A stretch of DNA of 64,000 nucleotides, from NCBI GenBank assembly GCA_963759645.1, contig CAVXAI010000008.1, forward strand, positions 206,496 through 270,495, written 5' to 3'. The notes beneath the pieces were generated by a model that was given only the letters and a program-made list of their open reading frames with translations, searched no databases and was not told where the DNA came from. Shown here piece by piece: positions 34,120 to 42,471 of this stretch; positions within the stretch are counted from its first letter, which is position 1; each line of letters opens with the position of its first letter. The translations under genes were made by a program, and so were the position numbers. The DNA is from an uncultured Acidimicrobiales bacterium (GTDB lineage Bacteria; Actinomycetota; Acidimicrobiia; Acidimicrobiales; DATKAS01).

Positions 34120-34839
34120 CTATTGCTGCGGCGGAGCAGATGCGACATCGGCGAGCACGGAGCCGGGATCGCGTCGCCGAGCGAGGTCGCCCATGGAGAT
34201 GACCCCCACCGGCCGATCGCCGTCGGCAACAACGACTCGGCGCACGGCGTGCTCACGCATCAGCTGCACCGCGACTTCCACCGGCTCATCCGGACCGACG
34301 GTCACGACCTTGTCCGTGCACACGGCGCTCAGCGACGTCGCCGTGACGTCGCGGCCGTCGGCAACCGCCCGAACGACGATGTCGCGGTCGGTGACGATGC
34401 CGGCAACCCCGGCGTTCTGCGTCACCACGACGGACCCGACGTCGTTGTCGCGCATCGCCGTACCCGCGGACTGCAGCGAGGCGTCGGCGCTCAATGCGAC
34501 GACGTCAGTGGTCATGATGTCGCGAGTCCGCTGGGGACCCTCATCATGCCCGACGTCCACCACCTCGAGCTGGTTGCTGACGTCGGTCACCCCAAGGGTG
34601 TCCCAGCAATCGTCGCCCGCCGAGCGCTTGGCAAGGCGCGAATCCACGACACCGCGGAGGATGACCACCCCGCGCTTCACGGCAACCGCGAGATCACAGT
34701 CCTTCGTGAACAGGTTCTCGCGCAGCCGGTCGACGACAGCGGCCTTGATGACGCTGTCCGTCGGTGGTGGCGGATCCATGGGCACTTCGCCCTGGTACCA
34801 GTCGTAGTAGTAGCGACTCTCGGGATAGACGAACGCCAT
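34120..34839 (-). CDS. BON domain + tandem CBS domain protein
   Basis: Intact 239-aa ORF. The N-terminal BON-like segment is VIKAAVVDRLRENLFTKDCDLAVAVKRGVVILRGVV. It is followed by a CBS pair (IMTTDVVALSADASLQSAGTAMRDNDVGSVVV...GIVTDRDIV...VGVISMGDL). Confidence 0.7.
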   Translation of the reverse strand: MAFVYPESRYYYDWYQGEVPMDPPPPTDSVIKAAVVDRLRENLFTKDCDLAVAVKRGVVILRGVVDSRLAKRSAGDDCWDTLGVTDVSNQLEVVDVGHDEGPQRTRDIMTTDVVALSADASLQSAGTAMRDNDVGSVVVTQNAGVAGIVTDRDIVVRAVADGRDVTATSLSAVCTDKVVTVGPDEPVEVAVQLMREHAVRRVVVADGDRPVGVISMGDLARRRDPGSVLADVASAPPQQ

Positions 34840-34912
34840 GACATCCCCTTCCTTTGCTGGCGAAAAGTGGGGTACTCGACACTTACCCTCCGGTGGCCCT
34901 CACCACACGCGC

Positions 34913-35863
34913 TCACAGCTTCGGTTGGAGCTCGCGTTCCCAGAACTCGAGGAAGCCCTCTTGGTCCGGACCGATCTGGTGGATGTGAATGTGGTCGAGA
35001 CCGGCCGACTCGTACTCCTGCAGCCGCTCGAGCACGGGGTCGGGATCCGGGCCGCACGGCACCTTCTCCGCGATATCTGCCTTGCGCACGAGTTGACACG
35101 CCTGCTCGAAGTGCGTGGGGGTCGGGAGGTCCTGCGAGAGCTGGCCCGGCAGCCCGGTGTTCGGCCACACTCGGAACGCGGTCTCCTCCGCCTCCTCGAC
35201 TGTTCGCGCCCAGCAGACCGTGAGCTGCCCGATCTTCGGGCCTGTCCCCTTTGCCTTCGTGAATGCCTTCAGCACGTCCTCTTGGGGGCTCGTCATCCAG
35301 ACGCCGTCGCCCTCGGCCGCCGCTACCCCGGCTGCCTTCGGTCCGAAAGCCGACACGACGACCAGGACCGGCTCGTCAGGCGGGTCGTAGAGGCGCGCGT
35401 TCTCCACGATGTAGTAGCTGCCCTCGTAGTCAACGGTCTCGCCCGTCCAAAGCTCGCGCATGATCTCCAACGCCTCGACGAGCATCTCGTGGCGCGCCTC
35501 GATCGGCGGCCAGTGCTGTCCCATGACGTGTTCGTTCAGCGCTTCGCCGGAGCCAACGCCAAGAAAGAACCGCCCTTCTGACAGCAGCGACACTGTGGCC
35601 GCGGCGTGCGCCACGATCACCGGTGGGGTCCGCATGATTGGGCACGTCACGCCGGTACCAAGCCGCACGTTCGTCGTCGCGTCCGCGACCGCACCGAGCA
35701 CGCTCCAGACGAAGGGACTGTGTCCTTGCTCGTCTATCCACGGGTGCAGGTGGTCGGAGATCGAAAGGAAGTCGAACCCGGCACTCTCGGCGCGCTGTGC
35801 GAACCGGACGAGATCGCCGGGGGGATGTTCCTCGCTTGAGAGTGTGTAGCCCCAGCTCGTCAT
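34913..35863 (-). CDS. LLM-class F420-dependent oxidoreductase (G6PDH-family-like)
   Basis: The preferred start is MTSWGYTLSSEEHPP at 35863, inside ORF 34913..36076. It contains FDFLSISDHLHPW, RLGTGVTCP and FFLGVGSGEALNEH, typical of luciferase-like monooxygenase/F420 enzymes. Confidence 0.7.
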   Translation of the reverse strand: MTSWGYTLSSEEHPPGDLVRFAQRAESAGFDFLSISDHLHPWIDEQGHSPFVWSVLGAVADATTNVRLGTGVTCPIMRTPPVIVAHAAATVSLLSEGRFFLGVGSGEALNEHVMGQHWPPIEARHEMLVEALEIMRELWTGETVDYEGSYYIVENARLYDPPDEPVLVVVSAFGPKAAGVAAAEGDGVWMTSPQEDVLKAFTKAKGTGPKIGQLTVCWARTVEEAEETAFRVWPNTGLPGQLSQDLPTPTHFEQACQLVRKADIAEKVPCGPDPDPVLERLQEYESAGLDHIHIHQIGPDQEGFLEFWERELQPKL

Positions 35864-35892
35864 GGTTTGCCCATACCCGGCCCTGCCGATCC

Positions 35893-35929
35893 GATGCAGG
35901 CATGGGTCCTCGCCCGGATGCAGGCATGG
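35893..35929. promoter_or_regulatory. Two perfect copies of GATGCAGGCATGG (each an ATGC-nn-GCAT mini-palindrome), 24 bp apart, in a divergent promoter region
   Basis: The copies lie at 35893..35905 and 35917..35929. They sit between the LLM oxidoreductase start (35863, minus) and the cinA-like start (about 35964, plus). Confidence 0.5.
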
Positions 35930-35963
35930 TTCGTCGACCCGACCAACGGGTACATCGAACGAC

Positions 35964-36434
35964 GTGACGAGGGCGGAGATCGCGGAATTCGTCGCGCTCG
36001 CGTTAGGCGGGCGCGCGCTCGCGTGTGCCGAGTCGTGTACCGCCGGCCGGGTCTGTGAGGCCCTCGCCACTGTCACGGGTGCCTCCGACTGGTTCCGCGG
36101 TGGCGTCGTGGCCTACCAAGAACCGGTGAAGCGCGCCCTCCTCGACGTCGAGGCGGCATCAGTGCTCAGCGAGCAAGCGGCAGCCGAGATGGCCACAGGG
36201 GTTGGAGAGTTGCTCGACGCCGACGTCTCCGTCGCGACCACCGGAGTAGCGGGCGACGAGCCCGTCGACGGCGTCGCCCCCGGCACGGTGTTCATCGCGA
36301 CCTCCGTTGGTGCGAGTGTGAGGGTCGCGACGCACCGCTTTGATGGTGACCCCGTCGCCGTGTGCGAATCAGCGAGTGACTGCGCGCTCACGTCGTTGCT
36401 CGAGCACCTTCACGACGAAGGTCGCGGGCGGTGA
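35964..36434 (+). CDS. CinA C-terminal domain protein (nicotinamide-nucleotide amidase PncC-like)
   Basis: It reads LACAESCTAGRVCEALATVTGASDWFRGGVVAYQEPVKRALLDV...VATTGVAGDEPVDGVAPGTVFIA, which is the CinA_C pattern. The start is uncertain (ORF 35862..36434). Confidence 0.7.
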   Translation: MTRAEIAEFVALALGGRALACAESCTAGRVCEALATVTGASDWFRGGVVAYQEPVKRALLDVEAASVLSEQAAAEMATGVGELLDADVSVATTGVAGDEPVDGVAPGTVFIATSVGASVRVATHRFDGDPVAVCESASDCALTSLLEHLHDEGRGR

Positions 36435-36511
36435 GCAAGGCAACCGAGTGGTCAGCCGCGCCGTTCGTGCCGCGCTCGAGCGGTCCTTCGCGCCGAGGAC
36501 GACAAGGGAGA

Positions 36512-36546
36512 GATCCGAGCTCGGATCGTGTCCGATCTGAGGATCG
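36512..36546. promoter_or_regulatory. Perfect 16-bp palindrome GATCCGAGCTCGGATC followed by hairpin CGATC-TGAG-GATCG
   Basis: Seen directly in the sequence. There are five GATC tetramers within about 70 bp (36512..36580). A third hairpin, CCCGGC-GCAA-GCCGGG (36591..36606), abuts the annotated ATG of the MEDS gene. Confidence 0.45.
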
Positions 36547-36607
36547 CCAGCTAGCGAGCCCAGAAGGACTCCCCGGATCTAGAGTATGAGCCCGGCGCAA
36601 GCCGGGA

Positions 36608-37537
36608 ATGAGGGCGCCAGAGTGGTCAGGACGGTCGGGAGACCGGTTGAGCGGGTTTCGACACGAGGCGCTGATGTACGACGGCCCCGCGGACTTCGTC
36701 GCGCGCACGCTGCCCATCCTGCAACGCGCTGACGCCGAGGGCGCGGCGGTACTCGTCGTCGTACCCGAGCCCCGGCTCACCGCATTGCGGACAGCCATCG
36801 GGGAGGCGACAACCGACGTCACGTTCACGGACATGACCACGGTCGGGCGCAACCCGGGGCGCATCATCTCGGTCTGGGACGACTTCGTCCGCGAGCAGGC
36901 CGGCGGCCGGGTCGTCGGCATCGGCGAGCCGATCTGGTCGGAACGCTCGCGCGACGAGCTCGTCGAGTGCCAGATCCACGAGGAGCTCCTCGACACCGCG
37001 TTCGCTGACAGCGAGGGTGTCAAGATCCTGTGCCCCTACGACGCGGGATCCTTGAGCGGCGACGTGATCACCGAGGCCTGCCGCGCGCACGGGCCGTCCG
37101 CCGCGGCCAGCGATCGCAATCCGTTCTGGAAGCCGTTGCGCCCCGCTCCGGTAGGCGCGTACCTCCAGTCGTTCGACGAGCGCGGTGTGCGGGACTTGCG
37201 CGGCCTCATTGCCGGCCTCGCCGAGCACGTCGGCCTCGGGTCCGAGCGCACCGCAGACCTCGTGCTCGCAGTCAACGAGATCGTGACGAACAGCGTGCGC
37301 CACGGCGGCGGTGCCGGGACACTTCGAGCCTGGATCGACGGCGACGCGGTGGTCTGCGAAGTCAACGACGACGGCTACCTGCGCGACCCGCTCGTCGGTC
37401 GCCGTCGACCCCGGCCCGACGCCATGGGCGGACGTGGGCTCTGGCTCGCGAACCAGCTGTGCGACCTGGTGCAGGTGCGCAATGGCGTCGAGGGATGCGT
37501 CGTCCGGGTGCGTGTCGAGGGATGCCGAGTACGTTGA
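36608..37537 (+). CDS. MEDS domain protein fused to an RsbW-like anti-sigma serine kinase domain (HATPase_c_2)
   Basis: Intact 309-aa ORF. The MEDS pattern is FRHEALMYDGPADFVARTLPILQ...ILCPYD. The C-terminal ATP-binding fold is LAVNEIVTNSVRHGGG...GGRGLWLANQLCDLVQV. The alternative start is the TTG at 36647, after GGGAGA. Confidence 0.7.
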   Translation: MRAPEWSGRSGDRLSGFRHEALMYDGPADFVARTLPILQRADAEGAAVLVVVPEPRLTALRTAIGEATTDVTFTDMTTVGRNPGRIISVWDDFVREQAGGRVVGIGEPIWSERSRDELVECQIHEELLDTAFADSEGVKILCPYDAGSLSGDVITEACRAHGPSAAASDRNPFWKPLRPAPVGAYLQSFDERGVRDLRGLIAGLAEHVGLGSERTADLVLAVNEIVTNSVRHGGGAGTLRAWIDGDAVVCEVNDDGYLRDPLVGRRRPRPDAMGGRGLWLANQLCDLVQVRNGVEGCVVRVRVEGCRVR

Positions 37538-37571
37538 CAGCGATCTCGTGCGGGGGTGGCAAGGGACGGAG

Positions 37572-39695
37572 ATGATGGCGACACATAGCGAGTCAGCCGC
37601 CATACGGGCATCGAGACGCAGCGATCTGGTGCTCGACGCACTCCCCCATGCCGTCGTGATCGCCGACCTCGAGGGCACGATCCTCGCGTGGAACCGCGTT
37701 GCCCAGCAGACCTTCTCGTTGAGCGCTGATCAGGCTGTCGGAAGGTCGATCCTCGACTTCTTCTCCGCCGGTGGCAGCGAGGACGTACGCCGCATCGTAG
37801 ACCTGGTGCTCGCGGGAGAGACTTGGAGTGGTGCCGTTCCCGGGAGCATGCCGGACAGCACGAGCGACTGGGCGTACGCGTGGGTCGCGCCGCTCCGCGA
37901 CGACAACGGGACCGTCGTCGGCATCGTGGGCGCGGCCGACGAGGTGCAGTCCGAGCTGCGCGTGCTCCAACGAACGGCGTCGGATCTCGGCGAGCACCTC
38001 GTGCTCGCGCTCGCCGCTGGAGAGCTCGGCACGTGGCGCTGGGACATGGCGACCGGCAAGACGGAATGGGACACCACGCTGGAGCGGATCTTCGGCCTTC
38101 GGCCGGGCGAGTTCGACGGCCGGTTCGAGTCTTGGGTTGCGCTCATCCATCCCGACGACGTCGACGACACCCTCGCGACACTCGAACGAGCCGTGGCTGA
38201 GAAATCGGGGTACGAGATCGAGCATCGCGTCGTCTGGCCCGAGGGCAGCGTGCACTGGGTGCAAGGGCGCGGCACGGTGACCCAGGACCACGACGGCAAC
38301 GTGACCGGCACGATCGGGTGCGCTTCCGACTTCACGGCGCGCAAGCTGCTCGAGCTCGACGCGGCCCGGCGGGCCGATCAAGCCGAGGAGGCCGTGCGTC
38401 GTGAGCGCCTGCAGCGGGAGCGACTCGAGTTCTTGGGCGAGCTCAACCGCGTCGCAGCCGGCACGCGTGACTTTCGGTCGCTCATGCGCGCGGTGACGGC
38501 GGCTGCCGTGCCTCAGCTCGGCGATTGGTGCACGCTCCACTTCCTTCCCGAACCGGGCGCAGCGCTCGAGACCGAGGTGGCGCACAGCGATCCCGCCAAG
38601 GTCGAGTGGGCGGTTGCGCTGCGTCAGAAGTTCCCGTTCGACCCCGACGGTCCCCGCGGGGTGCCAGCCGTGATCCGCACCGGCCGGCTCGAGTTCCTCC
38701 GGGAGGTGAGCCAAGAGTTCATCGACGCCGCGATCGACGAGGTGGGCGTCTCCGACCTCCGCGACGAGCTGCTCGACCTCATCGAGAAGCTGCAGCTCAC
38801 GAGTGTCATCACGGTCCCGCTCAACACGAAGCGGCGCACGATCGGGGCGATCCAGTTCGTGAGCGCGGAGTCGGGCCGGGTCTACGACCACGACGACGTC
38901 GCGCTCGCTCAGGCCGCGGCAGGACGCATCGCCGAGGCGCTCGAGAACGTGTGGCTGACCGAGCAGCACCGATCCATCGCCAGCAAGCTCCAGGCCGCAC
39001 TGTTGCCTCCACGCCTCCCTTCGATCGACGGGCTAAGTGTCGCGGCTCGGTATTGGCCCGCCGGCGCGGTCAGCGAGGTGGGCGGCGACTTCTATGACAT
39101 CTTCCCGATCGACGACCATCGGTGGGCGTTTGTGATCGGCGATGTCTGCGGCACCGGACCGGATGCGGCCGCCGTCACGGCGATCGCCCGGCACACAATC
39201 CGTGCGGCGGCGACCCACGGGTCGAGCCCGTCAGAAGTCCTCCGCTGGTTGAACGACGCGTTGCACGCCGGCCACCGCGGCTTGTTCTGCACCGTCGCCT
39301 ACCTGACGCTCGAACGAGTCGACGACATTCGGTGGACCTTCACCGCTACGGCGGCGGGTCATCCCCTTCCGTTGCATGTGACCGAGCGCGGTGCGGTGAC
39401 GAGTCTCGGTGTGCCCGGCACGCTCGTAGGTGCCGTGGCGACGATCTCCGTCACCACGACAGAGGGTGAGCTCGCCTCGGGGGACACAGTGGTGCTCTAC
39501 ACCGACGGCGTCACCGACGTTGCGCCGCCGAACGGCCTCGATCCCGAAGGGCTCGCCGCGCTCATGCGCCGGGCAACGGCGGGCGAGGGATCGGCGGAAG
39601 AGGTCGCCGTGCGGCTCGGCGATGCGATCGAGGAGCATCTGCCGATCCGTGAGCGCAACGACGACGTCGCGCTCGTCGTGCTCCGCGTGCTCTGA
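37572..39695 (+). CDS. PAS-PAS-GAF-PP2C (SpoIIE/RsbU-type) serine phosphatase
   Basis: The intact frame lies within ORF 37311..39695. The start MMATHSE follows AAGGGACGGAG. It has two PAS-like segments (DALPHAVVIADLEGTILAWN...; GTWRWDMATGKTEWD...HPDD), a GAF-like middle, and PP2C motifs (VGGDFYD, IGDVCGTGPDAA, LYTDGVTD). Confidence 0.8.
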   Translation: MMATHSESAAIRASRRSDLVLDALPHAVVIADLEGTILAWNRVAQQTFSLSADQAVGRSILDFFSAGGSEDVRRIVDLVLAGETWSGAVPGSMPDSTSDWAYAWVAPLRDDNGTVVGIVGAADEVQSELRVLQRTASDLGEHLVLALAAGELGTWRWDMATGKTEWDTTLERIFGLRPGEFDGRFESWVALIHPDDVDDTLATLERAVAEKSGYEIEHRVVWPEGSVHWVQGRGTVTQDHDGNVTGTIGCASDFTARKLLELDAARRADQAEEAVRRERLQRERLEFLGELNRVAAGTRDFRSLMRAVTAAAVPQLGDWCTLHFLPEPGAALETEVAHSDPAKVEWAVALRQKFPFDPDGPRGVPAVIRTGRLEFLREVSQEFIDAAIDEVGVSDLRDELLDLIEKLQLTSVITVPLNTKRRTIGAIQFVSAESGRVYDHDDVALAQAAAGRIAEALENVWLTEQHRSIASKLQAALLPPRLPSIDGLSVAARYWPAGAVSEVGGDFYDIFPIDDHRWAFVIGDVCGTGPDAAAVTAIARHTIRAAATHGSSPSEVLRWLNDALHAGHRGLFCTVAYLTLERVDDIRWTFTATAAGHPLPLHVTERGAVTSLGVPGTLVGAVATISVTTTEGELASGDTVVLYTDGVTDVAPPNGLDPEGLAALMRRATAGEGSAEEVAVRLGDAIEEHLPIRERNDDVALVVLRVL

Positions 39696-39770
39696 GGCGT
39701 CAGGCGAGGAAGCGGGCCAGTCCCCAGTGACGTAGCGTCGTCGTCACGCTCGTTCGGTCTGGAGGAGAAC

Positions 39771-39971
39771 ATGGCGCTGAACGATGAGGCGATTTTCGAG
39801 GGCTTGGCTGACAGTGTCGTCAACTCGGCGGTCGCGGTGAGCTCGAAGAAGCGGGCCATCGCGGTTGTCGTGATCATCCTGGGTGTGGTCGCGGCGGTAT
39901 TTCTCGTGCAGCGGAGCCGGATGCAGGCAAACGAAGCGCCCGTCGAGGAGCCCGCCTTCGTCGCCGCCTAG
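39771..39971 (+). CDS. Small hypothetical membrane protein (66 aa, one TM helix)
   Basis: GGAGGAG lies 5 nt upstream of the ATG. The hydrophobic core is AIAVVVIILGVVAAVFLV. Confidence 0.5.
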   Translation: MALNDEAIFEGLADSVVNSAVAVSSKKRAIAVVVIILGVVAAVFLVQRSRMQANEAPVEEPAFVAA

Positions 39972-40112
39972 CGCGAACGCGAGATACGTTCGGCGCACCC
40001 CCCGAAGTTCCGCTTCACCGGCGGCCGCATCATCAAGGTCGTCTACGACGTGGGCAACGACGCCTATGTCGACCTCGAGGCGGAGATGGCGGCCGCCCTG
40101 TCCCGAGACTGA
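39972..40112 (+). pseudogene. Gene remnant: C-terminal about 40 codons resembling the end of an arylsulfatase
   Basis: My own translation of the open frame is ...HPPKFRFTGGRIIKVVYDVGNDAYVDLEAEMAAALSRD*. I recall the FxFTG..i.kV.vDv.g..yvD pattern from sulfatase C-termini. No start codon or N-terminal domain is present. Confidence 0.35.
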
Positions 40113-40176
40113 GGGCACAGCGGATCTCCACGTTCTCTCTCTGCCATCTTCAAGGACCGGGAGAGCGGAATTCGTA

Positions 40177-40215
40177 CCTTCGTCGTAGTGGCCACACGGG
40201 TCACTAAGACGAAGG
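40177..40215 (+). promoter_or_regulatory. 14-bp stem hairpin whose 3' arm contains the Shine-Dalgarno of the downstream sORF
   Basis: CCTTCGTCGTAGTG (40177..40190) pairs with CACTAAGACGAAGG (40202..40215) with one mismatch and an 11-nt loop. The SD GAAGGAG is at 40211..40217 and the ATG at 40226. Confidence 0.45.
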
Positions 40216-40225
40216 AGTCACCACC

Positions 40226-40390
40226 ATGCACTACCTCCCGATCATCTTCGTGTCCGATCCCGAGGCCTACCGCTCGGGCAATGACGGCCATCTCGTGCCG
40301 ACGCATGGGCGCGGCATCCCGACTTGGACCTGGGAGTCACCGAGTGGCGGTCGCCGCCGGCGAGCGCTGAAGGCGAAACGAAGGCGCTAG
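40226..40390 (+). CDS. Putative 54-aa protein with an Arg/Lys tail: MHYLPIIFVSDPEAYRSGNDGHLVPTHGRGIPTWTWESPSGGRRRRALKAKRRR
   Basis: This is my own translation; the ORF is below the ORF-track cutoff. It has a strong SD 8 nt upstream. About 87 percent of the first 30 codons end in G/C. No family was recognised. Confidence 0.4.
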   Translation: MHYLPIIFVSDPEAYRSGNDGHLVPTHGRGIPTWTWESPSGGRRRRALKAKRRR

Positions 40391-40426
40391 CGCGCGGCAG
40401 AGGCCGGACAGCAGCTGTCGGCTGCC

Positions 40427-40912
40427 TCAGAGATCCTCACCGGGCAGTCGGCTCGCCTGCTTCACCCAAGCGGCGAGCTGCGCCTCGTCGATTTGGTCGT
40501 CCTCGTGGATGTCGAGGTAGCGCACTTCGTCGTGCTTTGATTCGCCCGGCGGGGGAGGACGCAGCGACGTGCCGCGGAAGAACGCCACCTTGACGTACTT
40601 GGTGAAGCAGTGGAAGTTGAGGAACCATCCGTTGCCCTCGACGCCATAGAAGGGCGAGTTCCATTTGACCGCCTTGTGCACGTCCGGGATGGTGCGAGCG
40701 ATGAGGGTGTCGAGGCTGCGCCCGACGTCTTGCTTCCATCCGGGCATTGCCGCGATGTACGCCTGCACTGGGCCGTCACCGTCGCCCTTCGGGATCTGAG
40801 GGTTGCCGCCCGCGAGCAGCACCGGCTTCGCGGTCTTCTTGGTTGTCTTGTTCGCTGTCTTCGCCGGCTTCTTCGCGGCCTTCGCCGGCTTCTTGGACGC
40901 CTTGTTCGCCAT
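40427..40912 (-). CDS. DUF1801 (YdhG-like) domain protein with N-terminal Lys/Ala/Pro-rich basic tail
   Basis: Intact 161-aa ORF. The tail is MANKASKKPAKAAKKPAKTANKTTKKTAKP. The core reads VQAYIAAMPGWKQDVGRSLDTLIARTIPDVHKAVKWNSPFYG...YVKVAFFRG. Confidence 0.65.
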   Translation of the reverse strand: MANKASKKPAKAAKKPAKTANKTTKKTAKPVLLAGGNPQIPKGDGDGPVQAYIAAMPGWKQDVGRSLDTLIARTIPDVHKAVKWNSPFYGVEGNGWFLNFHCFTKYVKVAFFRGTSLRPPPPGESKHDEVRYLDIHEDDQIDEAQLAAWVKQASRLPGEDL

Positions 40913-40967
40913 TCGCGCTCACTCCACACTGGACGACTCGACTGCGCATCGAGGGAACCGTCGACTG

Positions 40968-41054
40968 CGGAAGGAGTGGGATTCGAACCCACGGAGGCCC
41001 GAAGACCTCAACGGCTTTCGAGGCCGTCCCATTCGTCCGCTCTGGCATCCTTCC
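40968..41054 (-). tRNA. tRNA-Ser (anticodon CGA)
   Basis: The manual fold gives acceptor GGAAGGA/TCCTTCC, anticodon stem ACGGC/GCCGT with loop CT-CGA-AA, a long variable arm, and T-arm GGGTTCGAATCCC. CCA is not encoded. Confidence 0.9.
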
Positions 41055-41095
41055 GGGTCGCACGCTAGTGGGCGGCCCATGCGACAATCCCGCCG

Positions 41096-42428
41096 ATGGA
41101 TGTGCCCGAGGTTCAGTACGCGCGGGCGAGCGACGGTCACCGGCTCGCGTTTCAGCAGTGGGGATCGGGCCCCGACGTGTTCGTCGTCCCCCACTCATCT
41201 CGAACTGCGAGCTGATCTGGGAACAGGAGCTGTACCGCCGCGCACTCGAGTACCAGGGTGACCACGTACGCGTCACCGCGTTCGACAAGCGGGGGATCGG
41301 GCTTTCCGATCGCTTCGACGCCGCGCCGACGCTCGAACAGCGCTGCGAAGACATCTTGACGGTGATGGACGCGGCCGGCCTGGAGCGCGCGACGCTCGTC
41401 GGCTTCTCCGAGGGTGGCCTGATGTCTCAGCTCTTCGCCGTCCTGCATCCCGAGCGCGTCGAGCGACTGGTGCTCGGGAACTCCTCCCCAGGGCTGCTCG
41501 CATCGGTTGAGCTCGACCCTGACTTGGACACGACGCTTCGCAAGTTCGAGCGTCTCATCGATGAGTGGGGAACCAATCCGCAATGGTTCGTCGACTGGTT
41601 CAACCCGTCGCAAAAGGACAATGAGGCGTTCGTCCGGTGGTGCGGTCGATTCCAGCGACTGAGCGCGACTTCAGCAGACATCGGACGTCAGGCTGCGAGC
41701 TTCGCCCCGCTCGATGCCCGCGACCGGCTCAGCGAGATCGCGGTGCCGACGCTCGTCACGCACGACGTCGGCGACGCGGTCGTCCCGGTCGCCGCTGGTC
41801 GATGGCTCGCTGAGCAAATCCCCGGCGCGACCTATGCCGAGACTCCCGGCAGCGACCACATCACCCTTGTCGGACCCGAGTGGCGAACGGTTTTGGACCT
41901 GCATCTCGAGTTCATCTGCGGATCGATTGCACCGGCGCGCAGTGAGCGCACGCTCGCGACAGTCGTCTTCACCGACATCGTGGGATCGACTACGCGGACG
42001 GCTTCGGATGGGAACGAACAGTGGCGACGCATACTCGATAGCCACGATCGCGTCGCGTGGGCGATGGCGAACCGCCACCAGGGTGTGATGGTGAAGGCCA
42101 CCGGCGACGGGTTGCTGCTGCGCTTCGACTCACCCTCCCCGGCGCTCGGCTTCGCCGCGACTTCCGTCGCGAAGTGTCAGGCATGGGGGTTTCCATTCGG
42201 TGCGGCCTGCACATGGGCGAGATCGAGGTGCGAACCGACGGCGACATCGCCGGGGTCGCGGTCAACGTTGCCAAGAGAGTCGAGGAGGCGGCGGTCGACG
42301 GCGAGATCTTCGTGTCATCGACGGTCCGCGATCTGATGCTGGGCGGCGACGCCCGCTTCGAAGACCGCGGCGAGCACAGCCTCAAGGGCTTCGACTCGCC
42401 GTGGCGGCTCTACTCGCTCGCCAACTGA
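41096..42428 (+). pseudogene. Alpha/beta-hydrolase + class III adenylate/guanylate cyclase fusion (LipJ/Rv1900c-like), two frame breaks
   Basis: The hydrolase half has the GFSEGG nucleophile. The cyclase half has ATVVFTDIVGST, KATGDGLL, GLHMGEIE and GVAVNVAKRVE. Breaks lie at the C-run 41188..41192 and near 42170. The pieces lie in ORFs 40747..42336 and 42057..42428. Confidence 0.8.
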
Positions 42429-42471
42429 GGCTCGGTCGCTTCTCCGGTTCCCCACAGGCAAGAATCAGTCC

